64,000 bases of DNA, taken from positions 3,072,001 through 3,136,000 of the forward strand of contig OY820579.1 in NCBI GenBank assembly GCA_963681965.1, given 5' to 3'. The stretch is from a bacterium. GTDB lineage: Bacteria; Electryoneota; JAOADG01. The notes beneath the pieces are model-generated. The model was not told the DNA's origin. It worked only from the letters and a program-made list of their open reading frames with translations, and made no database searches. Each line of letters opens with the position of its first letter. Within the stretch, counting starts at the first letter, position 1. Positions 45,288 through 55,367 of the stretch are shown one piece after another. The position numbers were made by a program, and so were the translations under genes.

Positions 45288-46340
45288 TTATTGCGCTTGA
45301 ATAAACGAACTGACCAGCCTGAAGGTCGCATCCAATGCATCGATATGAGTCCGCTCGTAGCCGTGCGAAGCGGCTACACCGGGACCGATCAATGCGACTT
45401 TCACGTCTTTTCCAGCGCGTAGTGCCGCCGAGCCGTCGGAACCATAAAACGGGAAAACATCGGTTTTGTACGGAATTTTATTTTTCTCGGCAATTTCGAT
45501 CAACTGCTGAGTCAATTCGTAATGATATGGACCCGAGGAATCTTTAACACAGATCGACACGCTGTATTCATCGCCTGCGACGCCATCTCCTACGACACCC
45601 ATATCGACAATAATGAGGGCGTCAAGATTCTCCGGTAGCCCGGCAAGACCCTGCCCGGTTTCTTCGGTTATGTTAAAGAGGATGTAAATCTCCTGAACTT
45701 CTTTCAACAATCCCGATTTCGGATCGAGTAATTGATCCGATAACGCCAGCAATACTGCGGCGGACGCTTTGTCATCCAGAAATCGTGAGTTGATATATTC
45801 GTTGTCGAATCGGAAACCGGGATCCAGTGTGACATAACTCCCGATCGGAATCAATTTATCCAACTTTTCCTTTTCGCGAATCCGCTTATCAATCCGAACG
45901 TGTAGATCGTCGAATTTTATTCGCTCTTCTTCCCATTTCTTCGAAACATGAGTGGATGGATTATCTGGTAGGATTGTTCCGGAATACTTCGTGCTATCGA
46001 AAGCGTGTATCGTACAATGATCGCCGATTACATTGAATGCCGGAAGGCTTCCGACCGGTGCGATTTTAATTTTCTCGCCAGTCACACTCCGAACCATCGC
46101 CCCGAGTGTATCGACGTGCGCCGCAAAGGCGAGTACTTTCCCTGCCTCATTCTCGCCTTCGAACGAAAATCGCACTGCCCCTTTTCGGGTTGTCGTGACC
46201 TGAATGTTTTTCGATCGTGCCTGTTCGACCAGAAAATCCTGAACATATCTGGTAAATCCTGTCGGAGAGGGGATCCTAACCAATTTCTCGAAATAGGAAA
46301 CAATGGTTTTGGGATCGATTTTGAGGGTGGATGATTGCAT
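45288..46340 (-). CDS. M42 family metallopeptidase
   Basis: PSPTG, AHVDTLG, SRFLDDK, TEE, VDMG, KDSSGPY, GSDGS, SHGYER. Confidence 0.92.
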   Translation of the reverse strand: MQSSTLKIDPKTIVSYFEKLVRIPSPTGFTRYVQDFLVEQARSKNIQVTTTRKGAVRFSFEGENEAGKVLAFAAHVDTLGAMVRSVTGEKIKIAPVGSLPAFNVIGDHCTIHAFDSTKYSGTILPDNPSTHVSKKWEEERIKFDDLHVRIDKRIREKEKLDKLIPIGSYVTLDPGFRFDNEYINSRFLDDKASAAVLLALSDQLLDPKSGLLKEVQEIYILFNITEETGQGLAGLPENLDALIIVDMGVVGDGVAGDEYSVSICVKDSSGPYHYELTQQLIEIAEKNKIPYKTDVFPFYGSDGSAALRAGKDVKVALIGPGVAASHGYERTHIDALDATFRLVSSFIQAQ

Positions 46341-46470
46341 GGATAAGTCCTTCCTGCCTAAGTCAGACTAATTTCATAACCATTTAATATATCCCGCTAA
46401 TAAAACAGGAAGCAAGGGGAAAAGATAGTTCTACGATATTCATGCATTGTCATTGGTATAAGTAATACAT

Positions 46471-46497
46471 AAAAGGGAGGGCTTCCGCGCCCTCCCT
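46471..46497 (-). terminator. Intrinsic terminator of the gatED operon
   Basis: Minus strand reads AGGGAGGGC-GCGGAA-GCCCTCCCT-TTT. Confidence 0.75.
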
Positions 46498-46531
46498 AAC
46501 TTATCACCACGAACTATGAACCAAGCACCTA

Positions 46532-47920
46532 TTACTTCCGAACCTTCGAGATAAATTCCTCGACTTCGGGAATACCGCCTTGCATGATCAGATAACCGTT
46601 GCTGGGTTCGCGATCAGTGATTTCACCATTGATCGGAGTATACATGATTTTCCGGACTTCAGCCAAATCTTCCGTTTGACCAAGTGCCCACCCCAACTTC
46701 ACATAAGCGACTTCGGGAAGCATATTCGCCATTGGTACGACTCCCAGTTCCATCATGTCCCGACCGGTATCGTACACATACATCTGGACATAGCCCCAGA
46801 GTGTTTGAACCGTCATGTAGACCGCGATGTTCTTCTCTTTGGCACGTTTCAATGCCGGATACAGCGGTTTATTGACATGACCCAATCCGGTACCTGCAAT
46901 AATAATACCCCGATAGCCATTATCGATCATGGAATCGATCATATCCGGTTTCATGTTCGGGTAGTAGTAAACGATTCCGACCGCTTCTTCGAAGGCGGTA
47001 TTGATCGTCACTTCACGGTCGTAACGCCGTTTCTTGTAATCGGTACGAAGTGGTGTAATTTTACTTCGACTTACCATAGCAATCGGAATATCGCCGATCG
47101 TGCGGAACGTCGAACGGTAACTCGAGTGCATCTTACGTACCCTTGTACCGCGATGCAGTAAACCATATTCGTCGGAAGTAGGACCGAACATACAGACCAT
47201 CACTTCGGCGATATCGCCTTCGGCAGCGGCTTTGACACTGTGCATCAAATTCAATGCCGCATCGGAAGAGGGACGATCGCTGGAACGTTGCGAACCGACC
47301 ATCACAATTGGAATCGGCGAATTCTGAACCATGAACGAGAGAATCGCCGCAGTATGATGCATCGTATCGGTACCATGTCCGATCACAATACCCTGTACGC
47401 CCTTGGCAATCTCCCTACCGATCGCTTCGGCAGTACCACGCCACTGTTCCGGACCCATATTTTCACTGAATACACCGTACAGTTTTTCAGTCTCCAGATT
47501 GCAGATGTCTGCCAATTCCGGTACTGATCCATACAATTCACCCGGGGAAAAAGCGGGAATTACCGCTCCGGTACGATAGTCCAACCGACTCGCAATCGTA
47601 CCACCGGTTCCTAACAATTTTACCTTCGGTCTTCGAGGATCGAACGGAAAATCTTTTTCGGGAATTTTGTAGTGTGCTTCTTTGCGTCCGATAATATTCA
47701 CTCCGCGGACATTTTCGGCATTCACTCCGATATTGTAACCCGAACGCAACTTCATCACGATATGTAACGGATCGGCAGTTTCCGATCGCGGTAAAATAAT
47801 ACCGGTAAATACGCCGGTATCGGTCTTCAATTCGATATCGCTCCAGACTTTCGCATCGAATTTTTGAAGCGTTGCTAGTGCTTCGCCGCGATACCCTTTA
47901 TAGTCGTCATTCGCCGTCAT
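46532..47920 (-). CDS. gatD: Glu-tRNA(Gln) amidotransferase subunit D (archaeal type)
   Basis: GatD N-domain (GIILPR...IVMKLRSGYNIGV) plus a type I asparaginase core: TGGTIASRLDYRTGAV, HGTDT, GSQRSSDRPSSD, RKMHSS, MLPEVAYVKL. Confidence 0.93.
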   Translation of the reverse strand: MTANDDYKGYRGEALATLQKFDAKVWSDIELKTDTGVFTGIILPRSETADPLHIVMKLRSGYNIGVNAENVRGVNIIGRKEAHYKIPEKDFPFDPRRPKVKLLGTGGTIASRLDYRTGAVIPAFSPGELYGSVPELADICNLETEKLYGVFSENMGPEQWRGTAEAIGREIAKGVQGIVIGHGTDTMHHTAAILSFMVQNSPIPIVMVGSQRSSDRPSSDAALNLMHSVKAAAEGDIAEVMVCMFGPTSDEYGLLHRGTRVRKMHSSYRSTFRTIGDIPIAMVSRSKITPLRTDYKKRRYDREVTINTAFEEAVGIVYYYPNMKPDMIDSMIDNGYRGIIIAGTGLGHVNKPLYPALKRAKEKNIAVYMTVQTLWGYVQMYVYDTGRDMMELGVVPMANMLPEVAYVKLGWALGQTEDLAEVRKIMYTPINGEITDREPSNGYLIMQGGIPEVEEFISKVRK

Positions 47921-49896
47921 GCTTGCTTCTCCTGCAACGCGCTATTCAATCTGCTGGCAACCAGTTTGCCTTCTACCCGTCCGCGAACTTTTTTCATGAC
48001 CATCCGCATCGCCGTCCGGAACTTTTGATCGAATTGCGGGATTGGTTTGTGCGTCACTTCAACTGCTGCAACTTTTACAACCGTATCGAATTCTCCGGCA
48101 GTACAGATCGGCGGTAAAGCCTCGATGCAGAATTGCCCCGAAATCGCCGTACGTTCCATCGCTTCGTAAATACCTTCTTTGGCGATTCGACCGTTCTTGT
48201 ACGCAAAGAAAATCTGCTCAATCACTTCGGGGGTAATAGCAGAAATCGAAATACGCTTTCTGCGAATTCGCTTCGGGAATTGAATCAACGCGACAGCAAC
48301 TGTTGTCGGATTTAATTTCCACTCATCGACCAATTTGTCGAACAATGGTGCATACTTCGATAGCGCTAGCGGTTGAACGCAGTCTTCGGGAATTTTGTGC
48401 TCACGATACTTGCGCTCGCGAATCCAATAATACTCCGGTAATCCTTTTTGAATGCGCTCTCTGCGCTCGGTTGTAATGCGCTTCGGTGGAAGATCGGTAT
48501 CCGGATACATGCGATCGGCACCGGGAAGAATTCGTTCGAAACCATTCGTTCCGTCACTGAGTGCCTGACGAGTTTCGGAGGGAATACCGATCGTTGCTTC
48601 GCGTGCGCGGATGATAATCTCTTTGGTTGCAGTCTCGACATCGACGAGATCGCCCCAAACCAATACAACAGTATCGTTTTCGGTTGCACCGGACGCCTTC
48701 TTCACGGCTGCCCATTCGGCAGACGATAACGTATCGTTCGGACTATCCGAGTGCAGAATGTTTGGGAGTACAGTCATACAGGCAATCACGCGAATCCGGT
48801 CTGATATCTCGCGCGAGAAATAGGTATCCGTCTGGGTTTGCCAACGGAGCAGCCCCTTGAAGCCAACGAGATTTACACAGCGGACAGTCTTACCGAGTCC
48901 GATTGCATCCCGAACCGGCTGGAACCGCGTCTTACGGAGAATCTTGGTGACATCTTCAATTCGAGATTTGAAATTTTCCGGTGTCACACCACGGCGATGG
49001 AGTTCAGCGCGTAAACGTAACAGATTCCATTGCCGCATTGCTTCGTTGTATGTCAACAATGGAATATTCGGTATCCGTGGCACACCCTTGATTTCGATTC
49101 GGGTACCGCCCTGAACACTGACATTGACATCCTGCCGTGCTGCACCGATACCGGTACGTACTTTTCCAGTGCTTCGCACCATGCGTCGCAAAATATCGCA
49201 CACTTCCGCAACTTCGATCGGGGTTTTCATCGATGGTGCAGTCACTGTTTCGATCAATGGCATACCCAATCGATCGGTCAAATAGACACGTCGGTGACCG
49301 ACATCGCTGAATTCCCGACAGGCGTCTTCTTCCAGACCCAACTGAACGATCGGAATCTCGCGATCTTTGTACGGAATATTCCCATTGACACCGACGATCG
49401 TCGTTCGTTGAAAGCCAGTGGGAATACTACCATCGAGATATTGTTTACGTGCAATGTGAATTTCATCGACCAGCGACATACCGTACAGCAATCCGATTTC
49501 CAGAGCGATGTCCAACGCTTCGTCGTTTAGTTCGAACGGTGGCGTATCGTCCATCTCGTAGGTACAGACTGTTTCGCGGTTGATGTGGTAGATGATCTCT
49601 TTTTTCGTTTTGAATTCCATCAATGCCGTACCGTCGTATTCGCCCAATTCGGACAACGTCGGTCGCATGTGTCGAAGAATTTCGGCATGGAACACATCGC
49701 TATACCGACCTGCGGGACAGCGGCAAAACAGCTTGCGTTCGGTATAAACTTGTTGGTGAATTTCCAATCCCGATTTGAATCCGACATAATCATAGTCGGA
49801 GTTCGTCATCTCGGAAAAGGGTTTGAATAGAAAAGCTTGAAGCTTCTGATCAAGCTCCTGATCGGTTTCGATTGCGTTTTGATTCGCAGAATCCAT
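47917..49896 (-). CDS. gatE: Glu-tRNA(Gln) amidotransferase subunit E (archaeal type)
   Basis: GLEIHQQ..KLFCRCP, RPTLSELGEYD, DGSIPTGFQRT, LEEDA, DRLGMPLIE, RQDVNVS, an AspRS-like insert, PGADRMYPDTD. Confidence 0.93.
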   Translation of the reverse strand: MDSANQNAIETDQELDQKLQAFLFKPFSEMTNSDYDYVGFKSGLEIHQQVYTERKLFCRCPAGRYSDVFHAEILRHMRPTLSELGEYDGTALMEFKTKKEIIYHINRETVCTYEMDDTPPFELNDEALDIALEIGLLYGMSLVDEIHIARKQYLDGSIPTGFQRTTIVGVNGNIPYKDREIPIVQLGLEEDACREFSDVGHRRVYLTDRLGMPLIETVTAPSMKTPIEVAEVCDILRRMVRSTGKVRTGIGAARQDVNVSVQGGTRIEIKGVPRIPNIPLLTYNEAMRQWNLLRLRAELHRRGVTPENFKSRIEDVTKILRKTRFQPVRDAIGLGKTVRCVNLVGFKGLLRWQTQTDTYFSREISDRIRVIACMTVLPNILHSDSPNDTLSSAEWAAVKKASGATENDTVVLVWGDLVDVETATKEIIIRAREATIGIPSETRQALSDGTNGFERILPGADRMYPDTDLPPKRITTERRERIQKGLPEYYWIRERKYREHKIPEDCVQPLALSKYAPLFDKLVDEWKLNPTTVAVALIQFPKRIRRKRISISAITPEVIEQIFFAYKNGRIAKEGIYEAMERTAISGQFCIEALPPICTAGEFDTVVKVAAVEVTHKPIPQFDQKFRTAMRMVMKKVRGRVEGKLVASRLNSALQEKQA

Positions 49897-50139
49897 AACA
49901 TCGCTCCATCTGGCGGGGATCGCGCGGAATATACATAGAATGAAAAAACAATATAAGCGATTCTAATGGATTTGAGAAAAAACGCCTCTATTTACAAAGC
50001 CTAAAGTTTCGCTTTTCATGCAACTAACTTCGTAAATCCGCAAAAAAGAATTGGTAAAGCTTAGAGAGACGGTTATATTATTGGTTTATTCACGAAAACT
50101 CTCAATTAATCGAACGATTCTCGCGATTCTGGATCTTTC

Positions 50140-51024
50140 ATGGAAATATTCGACCACTGTTTACTTTGTCAATCGGATAGAATCGTTACAATCGATGAAG
50201 ATTGTAATATTATCCGATGCAAAACTTGTGGCTTTGTTTTCCATTCTCCGCGTCCAACAGCAACTGAACTCGCACAATTCTATTCCACACCTGCACAATC
50301 CCATGATTGGCTTTCAAACGAACAAGTCCGCGACGAAATGTGGCTCCGAAGACTTCGTAAAGTACACAACTATCGGACCGAAGGATCGTTATTGGATGTT
50401 AGTACTGGGATCGGACAATTTCTTCATTTTGCTCGGAATATGTTTTTTCCGGTGACTGGTTCAGAGGTTTCCGACAGTGCGATTCGGATTGCCCGGCAGA
50501 AATATGAATTGACGTTAGAGAAAGGCACAATCAATTCCATCGATTGGAAGAACCGAAAATTCGATGTTATTACCCTATTCCATGTGCTAAATCACGAACT
50601 TGATCCGCTGGAGTTGATATTCTCTTGTAAGAAGTTGTTAAAGCCGTCCGGACTGCTGATAATCACTGTTCCGAACGATCTATCGGCGTTCAGTGCAAAA
50701 CTGAGTTCGATTTTTAAAACAATTGGAATCGGAAAATTGGTGAAGACAGAGGTAGGATTGCATAAAATCGATCTCGAAAACCCAGTTTCGAAAATTCAAT
50801 TGTCGTACTTCAATTCCAAAGTCTTGCAGATCTGTCTGCAACGATGTGGTTTTAAAATTATTGAAACCGATCTCGACCCGTATTACATCGCATCCGGATT
50901 TGATCGAGTGATGTATTCCGCTAATTACGGTTTGAGTCGAATCGTGAAAAAAGTATTCCGCACCAATATTTACGATACAATTTGGCTCGCAGCCGAATTA
51001 CCCCCGAATTCTCCACACGAATAA
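50140..51024 (+). CDS. Class I SAM-dependent methyltransferase with N-terminal CxxC pairs (polysaccharide-associated type)
   Basis: CLLC...CKTC; LLDVSTGIG; FDVITLFHVL; LKPSGLLIITVPN. Confidence 0.8.
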   Translation: MEIFDHCLLCQSDRIVTIDEDCNIIRCKTCGFVFHSPRPTATELAQFYSTPAQSHDWLSNEQVRDEMWLRRLRKVHNYRTEGSLLDVSTGIGQFLHFARNMFFPVTGSEVSDSAIRIARQKYELTLEKGTINSIDWKNRKFDVITLFHVLNHELDPLELIFSCKKLLKPSGLLIITVPNDLSAFSAKLSSIFKTIGIGKLVKTEVGLHKIDLENPVSKIQLSYFNSKVLQICLQRCGFKIIETDLDPYYIASGFDRVMYSANYGLSRIVKKVFRTNIYDTIWLAAELPPNSPHE

Positions 51025-51045
51025 CGCATTTCTAAGAATCGCAAA

Positions 51046-51948
51046 TCACGGTTTTTGCTTACAGCCAAACATGATGCTGAGGATTTGCAATGCAGCAGTA
51101 AATCTTCGCTGAACGATTCGCTTAAAAAGACTGTAGATCATCATCAAATACACAGTCGGTAGAAAATACCAATAGTGTTTTCTGGTTAAATAAATCCGAT
51201 TTCTGAACGTATAGAAATCGGAAAACAGCGTTTTTTTTCCAGCGCGATCGTTGGTTCCGATACTCGCACCCTGTTTATGGTACACAATACTTTTTTTGGC
51301 ATAAGATAGGTTAAAATGTTGTTTCTTAGCTCGGATCCCCCAATCAATCTCTTCCATGTACAAAAAAAGAAATTCATCCATCAATCCAACCGTCTGTAAG
51401 AATTCTTTCGATGCTAACACCGAAGCGCCGCAGATCAGATCTAGCTGCTTGTTTCGTATATTTGTATCTACCTTGTTGCGCGCTAATCCTTCACCGTAAA
51501 AACCGGATAATCCTGTCGCAGGCTGGTACCAACCGCCACCTAACGCCTGTACCCGATGTCGATCGTCTTCATACAAAATCGTCGATCCACACAACCCCGT
51601 CGTCGGATCATTCTTCATCGTATCGACTAAACTGGTCAATGCCTTCGGATCGACCCGCGTATCGTTATTGAGGATCCATACGTAGTCACAATCGGATTGA
51701 GCAAGTGCATGTCGGATCCCGACGTTATTTCCGCCGGCATAACCGAGATTCTCGCCTGTGAATAACAGGTCAAATCGTTTGTTACAAAACTCCGATAATT
51801 TGACCTGTGACTCGTCCGTCGAACCATTATCGACAACGATTACACGGTAGGAAGGATAGGACAATTGAAAGATGCTTTCGAGACACTGGATTGTTTCCTG
51901 CCACCCGTTCCAATTCAGGATGACGATATCGACGGTAGGTTGTTTCAT
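51046..51948 (-). CDS. Glycosyltransferase family 2 (rhamnosyltransferase-like)
   Basis: IVILNWNG, VDNGSTD, NLGYAGGNN, LNNDT, FLYMEEIDW. Confidence 0.92.
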   Translation of the reverse strand: MKQPTVDIVILNWNGWQETIQCLESIFQLSYPSYRVIVVDNGSTDESQVKLSEFCNKRFDLLFTGENLGYAGGNNVGIRHALAQSDCDYVWILNNDTRVDPKALTSLVDTMKNDPTTGLCGSTILYEDDRHRVQALGGGWYQPATGLSGFYGEGLARNKVDTNIRNKQLDLICGASVLASKEFLQTVGLMDEFLFLYMEEIDWGIRAKKQHFNLSYAKKSIVYHKQGASIGTNDRAGKKTLFSDFYTFRNRIYLTRKHYWYFLPTVYLMMIYSLFKRIVQRRFTAALQILSIMFGCKQKP

Positions 51949-53051
51949 TTCGAAGACCCTACCCGATTGAGTAAAAATCGTTCGAATGCAGCAATCGATT
52001 CTTCCCAGCGAAATCGCTGAATCGCTTGATTTGCCTGTCGAGCTAATTGAATGCGGTATTCCGGTTGCTCAATCAAATGAATGATGTTTATCGCCAAATC
52101 GCTGCTGAGTTTTGGCGGACTAAGCAATGCTGTTTCGTTATGGATCGCAAATTCGCGGTGTCCGCCGATATCGGTCAGACAAAGCGCTGCCCCGCATTGT
52201 GCTGCTTCAGCAGGCGGTAATCCCAGCCCTTCGATATGACTTGGTGATATAAAGATCGCAGCCTGATTGTAAATCGCTCTTAATTGAACTTGGGTTGGTT
52301 TTTGTCGGTAAACAATCCAATCCGGTAAAATCTCCGGTCGCGGTATCACACCGAAACAAACGCACGCGAGATCGGGAAATCGCTGTTTTACCTCTTCTAG
52401 CGCAGAAATACCGTCTGCAGTCCCTTTTAATTTCTCTTTATGACATAACATGACTACCGACTTCGGATTTCGATGCTCGATCTGCGTATCGATCCCGAAT
52501 ATTGAAAAGTCAAGTCCGTTCGGGATATACTCGCATTCAACATCCAGCTTCTGTCCGTATTCCTGTAACCAGCGGGAAATGACGATTTTATCCAAAGGCA
52601 ATCGCCAAGTTCTTACGACTCGATCGTGATCGACATTTTCAAATACTGTTTCGAGACCTTGGATTAAATAGATTTTCTTACCTTTTTCGGGTTGGTATGA
52701 ATTTACCCACTCAGCAGTTTCCCAAGCAGTTGCTACGACAAAATCGGCGTCGGGAATATTTTTTTCGGATAAACTGGGGATCCAGATCATGTTTACTTGA
52801 TTGTCGATTTGAAACCACTCATGTGGTAAATACCCGCCAAACATACCGATTTTTCGAACCAGATAGATCAAAAATCCGCGTATCAGCCGCCAAGTTCTGG
52901 ATTCATCGATCAACCGATAAGGACTGTGAACAACGGTTACATCGTGACCGCGTCGAACCAAACCGTTGGCATATTCATAGACAACTTTAAATCCTCCGAC
53001 AGGATTTTGTCCGGATCCGGGAAGTAAAATTGTGATTTTTATCTGTTTCAC
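51945..53051 (-). CDS. Glycosyltransferase family 4
   Basis: PVGGFKVVYEYAN, ATAWETA, EGLGLPPAEA. GTG at 53051 preferred because it avoids overlap with the upstream gene. Confidence 0.9.
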   Translation of the reverse strand: MKQIKITILLPGSGQNPVGGFKVVYEYANGLVRRGHDVTVVHSPYRLIDESRTWRLIRGFLIYLVRKIGMFGGYLPHEWFQIDNQVNMIWIPSLSEKNIPDADFVVATAWETAEWVNSYQPEKGKKIYLIQGLETVFENVDHDRVVRTWRLPLDKIVISRWLQEYGQKLDVECEYIPNGLDFSIFGIDTQIEHRNPKSVVMLCHKEKLKGTADGISALEEVKQRFPDLACVCFGVIPRPEILPDWIVYRQKPTQVQLRAIYNQAAIFISPSHIEGLGLPPAEAAQCGAALCLTDIGGHREFAIHNETALLSPPKLSSDLAINIIHLIEQPEYRIQLARQANQAIQRFRWEESIAAFERFLLNRVGSSK

Positions 53052-53059
53052 AAATCGGT

Positions 53060-54040
53060 CTAGTGTAAGAAATAAATGGATGCCAATCGTTGTGAATGTA
53101 GGAGACCGGCAAGATACCCGACCACCGACTTCACTTTCCATCGAATAGGCAATGTTCTAACTGCAATCAAAAAATTCGAACAGGCTTTCGACCAATTCGA
53201 TCGCCCTAAATTTGCTTTTCCCCAGTACCAATTCATTGCGCCTTGGGCTCGTTGAAGATCGACTACCGCCAATTTTTCGATGCTAGTCTTTTCAGCTATT
53301 AGAAATTGCTGAATTGCGTCGCCGTGACTTTGGAACATCGCATATTTGTGTTCGATACTCATTTGCGACGAATGAATTCGCCACATTCCCAAGTTAGAAT
53401 CGATAAATGAAAACTTCCCGATCAACGCTAACTTCAACCAGGTAGAATAATCGACAAATACAACGCCATCCGGTTGCCAAAAACCACCGATGCGATCCAG
53501 TGCGCTTCTTCGAATCATTACTGAAACGGCTGGAACGATATGATTCACCAGAAAGAGATGGTTCTGAATCGAACCGATTGGATTATTTAGATAAGATTCA
53601 TCGAGTATAGGGGTAGCGGGAATCTCTCTAATTTGATTGCCATCGTCACTGATCGAGAAAAATCTGCCCCAACTTAATACTACATCCTGCTTGTTAAATC
53701 CGCCAATCTGCACCGCCAACTTGTCTTGCGGCCAGACATCATCCCCTTCCAGAATCGCAATAAACTCTCCCTGTGATTGCTTTAGCGCTAGATTGTAAGA
53801 TTCACCCAATCGTTCGATTCCGCCATGCTCTTTGCTGATGATTGTTATTCGCGCATCGGTAAACGATCGAGCTATTTCTACTGTTCGGTCGGTCGAACCG
53901 TCATCTACAATCATCATCTCCCAATGACTGTAAGTCTGTGCCAAAACACTTCGGATACACTCACCAATATATTGCTGATGGTTATAAGTCGGCGAAATGA
54001 TTGTTACGAGGGGATTTGACATATCTAGCTCTGCCATCAT
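53060..54040 (-). CDS. Glycosyltransferase family 2
   Basis: PTYNH, VDDGSTDRT, ILEGDDVW. Confidence 0.9.
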   Translation of the reverse strand: MMAELDMSNPLVTIISPTYNHQQYIGECIRSVLAQTYSHWEMMIVDDGSTDRTVEIARSFTDARITIISKEHGGIERLGESYNLALKQSQGEFIAILEGDDVWPQDKLAVQIGGFNKQDVVLSWGRFFSISDDGNQIREIPATPILDESYLNNPIGSIQNHLFLVNHIVPAVSVMIRRSALDRIGGFWQPDGVVFVDYSTWLKLALIGKFSFIDSNLGMWRIHSSQMSIEHKYAMFQSHGDAIQQFLIAEKTSIEKLAVVDLQRAQGAMNWYWGKANLGRSNWSKACSNFLIAVRTLPIRWKVKSVVGYLAGLLHSQRLASIYFLH

Positions 54041-55296
54041 ACCGACTTATTTCTTCGAAGATAGAGGATGAATAACACAAAAATCACTAATTCCGTTAGT
54101 ATGACGGATAACGCCATTCCGATTCCTTCGAGTCGGGGAACCAGAATGATTGCCGCGATAATATTAACCGTTGCCGCAAAAATTAGTGTTCGATTGTAAG
54201 CTTTATCCATTCCTAAAGATAACATCCACTGCCCGCCAAGCATACCGTTGATCGCCGATAGCGGAGGCAGGATCGCCAAAACACGAAGGATGGTTACAGC
54301 ACCGGTAAATTCACTACCGAGTAGCCACTGAACTAAATATGGCGCAGTTAGAAAGATCACCGCACCGACCACGATATTACCACATCCCGAGACGATAATA
54401 CCAATTTTCGCCCATCGATACCCTTCATTGCGGTCTTTGTGCGTCAAGTAAGTCAATCGCGGATACATCGCTTGACTGAGCGGTGCCATCATTCCCAAGA
54501 CCGCTTTGCTGATTTTATCGGCACCGGCAAATTGCCCGATCACATACGGTGTCGAAATTAAACCCACGATAAGAACATTACCGATCGTGTAAACATTCAC
54601 TGCCAGTTTCGATACGAAGAGTGACCATCCGTCTTTCATAACCCGACGAATCGACGTGAAATCGGGAAGAAGAAGGGGAATTTCCTGCGATGCGATAAAA
54701 TAGGCGGTTCCTACCGATAGCAGACTGCCGGCAGCTTGAAAAATAAAGATCCGCTCTACATCTGTAGGTGTGTGTACAAATACAAAAATACAAACTAGAC
54801 TGAGCGCTTTCATCGAAACATCGAGTATCGCAACCAATTTCATCCGCTCTAACCCTTGGAAATACCACATTAGGTTGAACGATTGTAATATCGACCATGT
54901 CACGCCAATCCAGAGTAAAGTGATATGCGATCGTAAATTCTCGACAAATGGAGTAATAATGAGCAGAATGATAATGACAATGAGACTTAAAATCAGCTTA
55001 GCACCAAATACCGAAGCGATTAGGTTTCCCAATCGAGAGGTATCATCACGGTGTCGCGCAACTTCGCGGGTTGCCGACATCGTGAAACTGTATTCGATCA
55101 CACTGAGCGAATATAGTGCGACAGCCTGAACAAAAGCATAATTTCCCCAAACAACGGCGCCGAGAATTCTGGTCAAGTAAGGGATTGTGATAATTGGAAT
55201 TAAGTAATTGATAAAATGAACACAATACAATGCAAACACGTTTTGAACAAATCGCGTTTTGATGAGATTTCGCACATTGTCAATCAGATTATTCAT
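54037..55296 (-). CDS. Polysaccharide flippase (Wzx/RfbX family)
   Basis: YLIPIITIPYLTRILG, WYFQGLE, about 12 TM segments. Confidence 0.92.
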   Translation of the reverse strand: MNNLIDNVRNLIKTRFVQNVFALYCVHFINYLIPIITIPYLTRILGAVVWGNYAFVQAVALYSLSVIEYSFTMSATREVARHRDDTSRLGNLIASVFGAKLILSLIVIIILLIITPFVENLRSHITLLWIGVTWSILQSFNLMWYFQGLERMKLVAILDVSMKALSLVCIFVFVHTPTDVERIFIFQAAGSLLSVGTAYFIASQEIPLLLPDFTSIRRVMKDGWSLFVSKLAVNVYTIGNVLIVGLISTPYVIGQFAGADKISKAVLGMMAPLSQAMYPRLTYLTHKDRNEGYRWAKIGIIVSGCGNIVVGAVIFLTAPYLVQWLLGSEFTGAVTILRVLAILPPLSAINGMLGGQWMLSLGMDKAYNRTLIFAATVNIIAAIILVPRLEGIGMALSVILTELVIFVLFILYLRRNKSV

Positions 55297-55367
55297 TCAA
55301 CTTCGAGATGAATCCTTTTGCTGTGTTCCAAGAGAATAAAATTAATTTAATGAAGATGCCGTAATCG

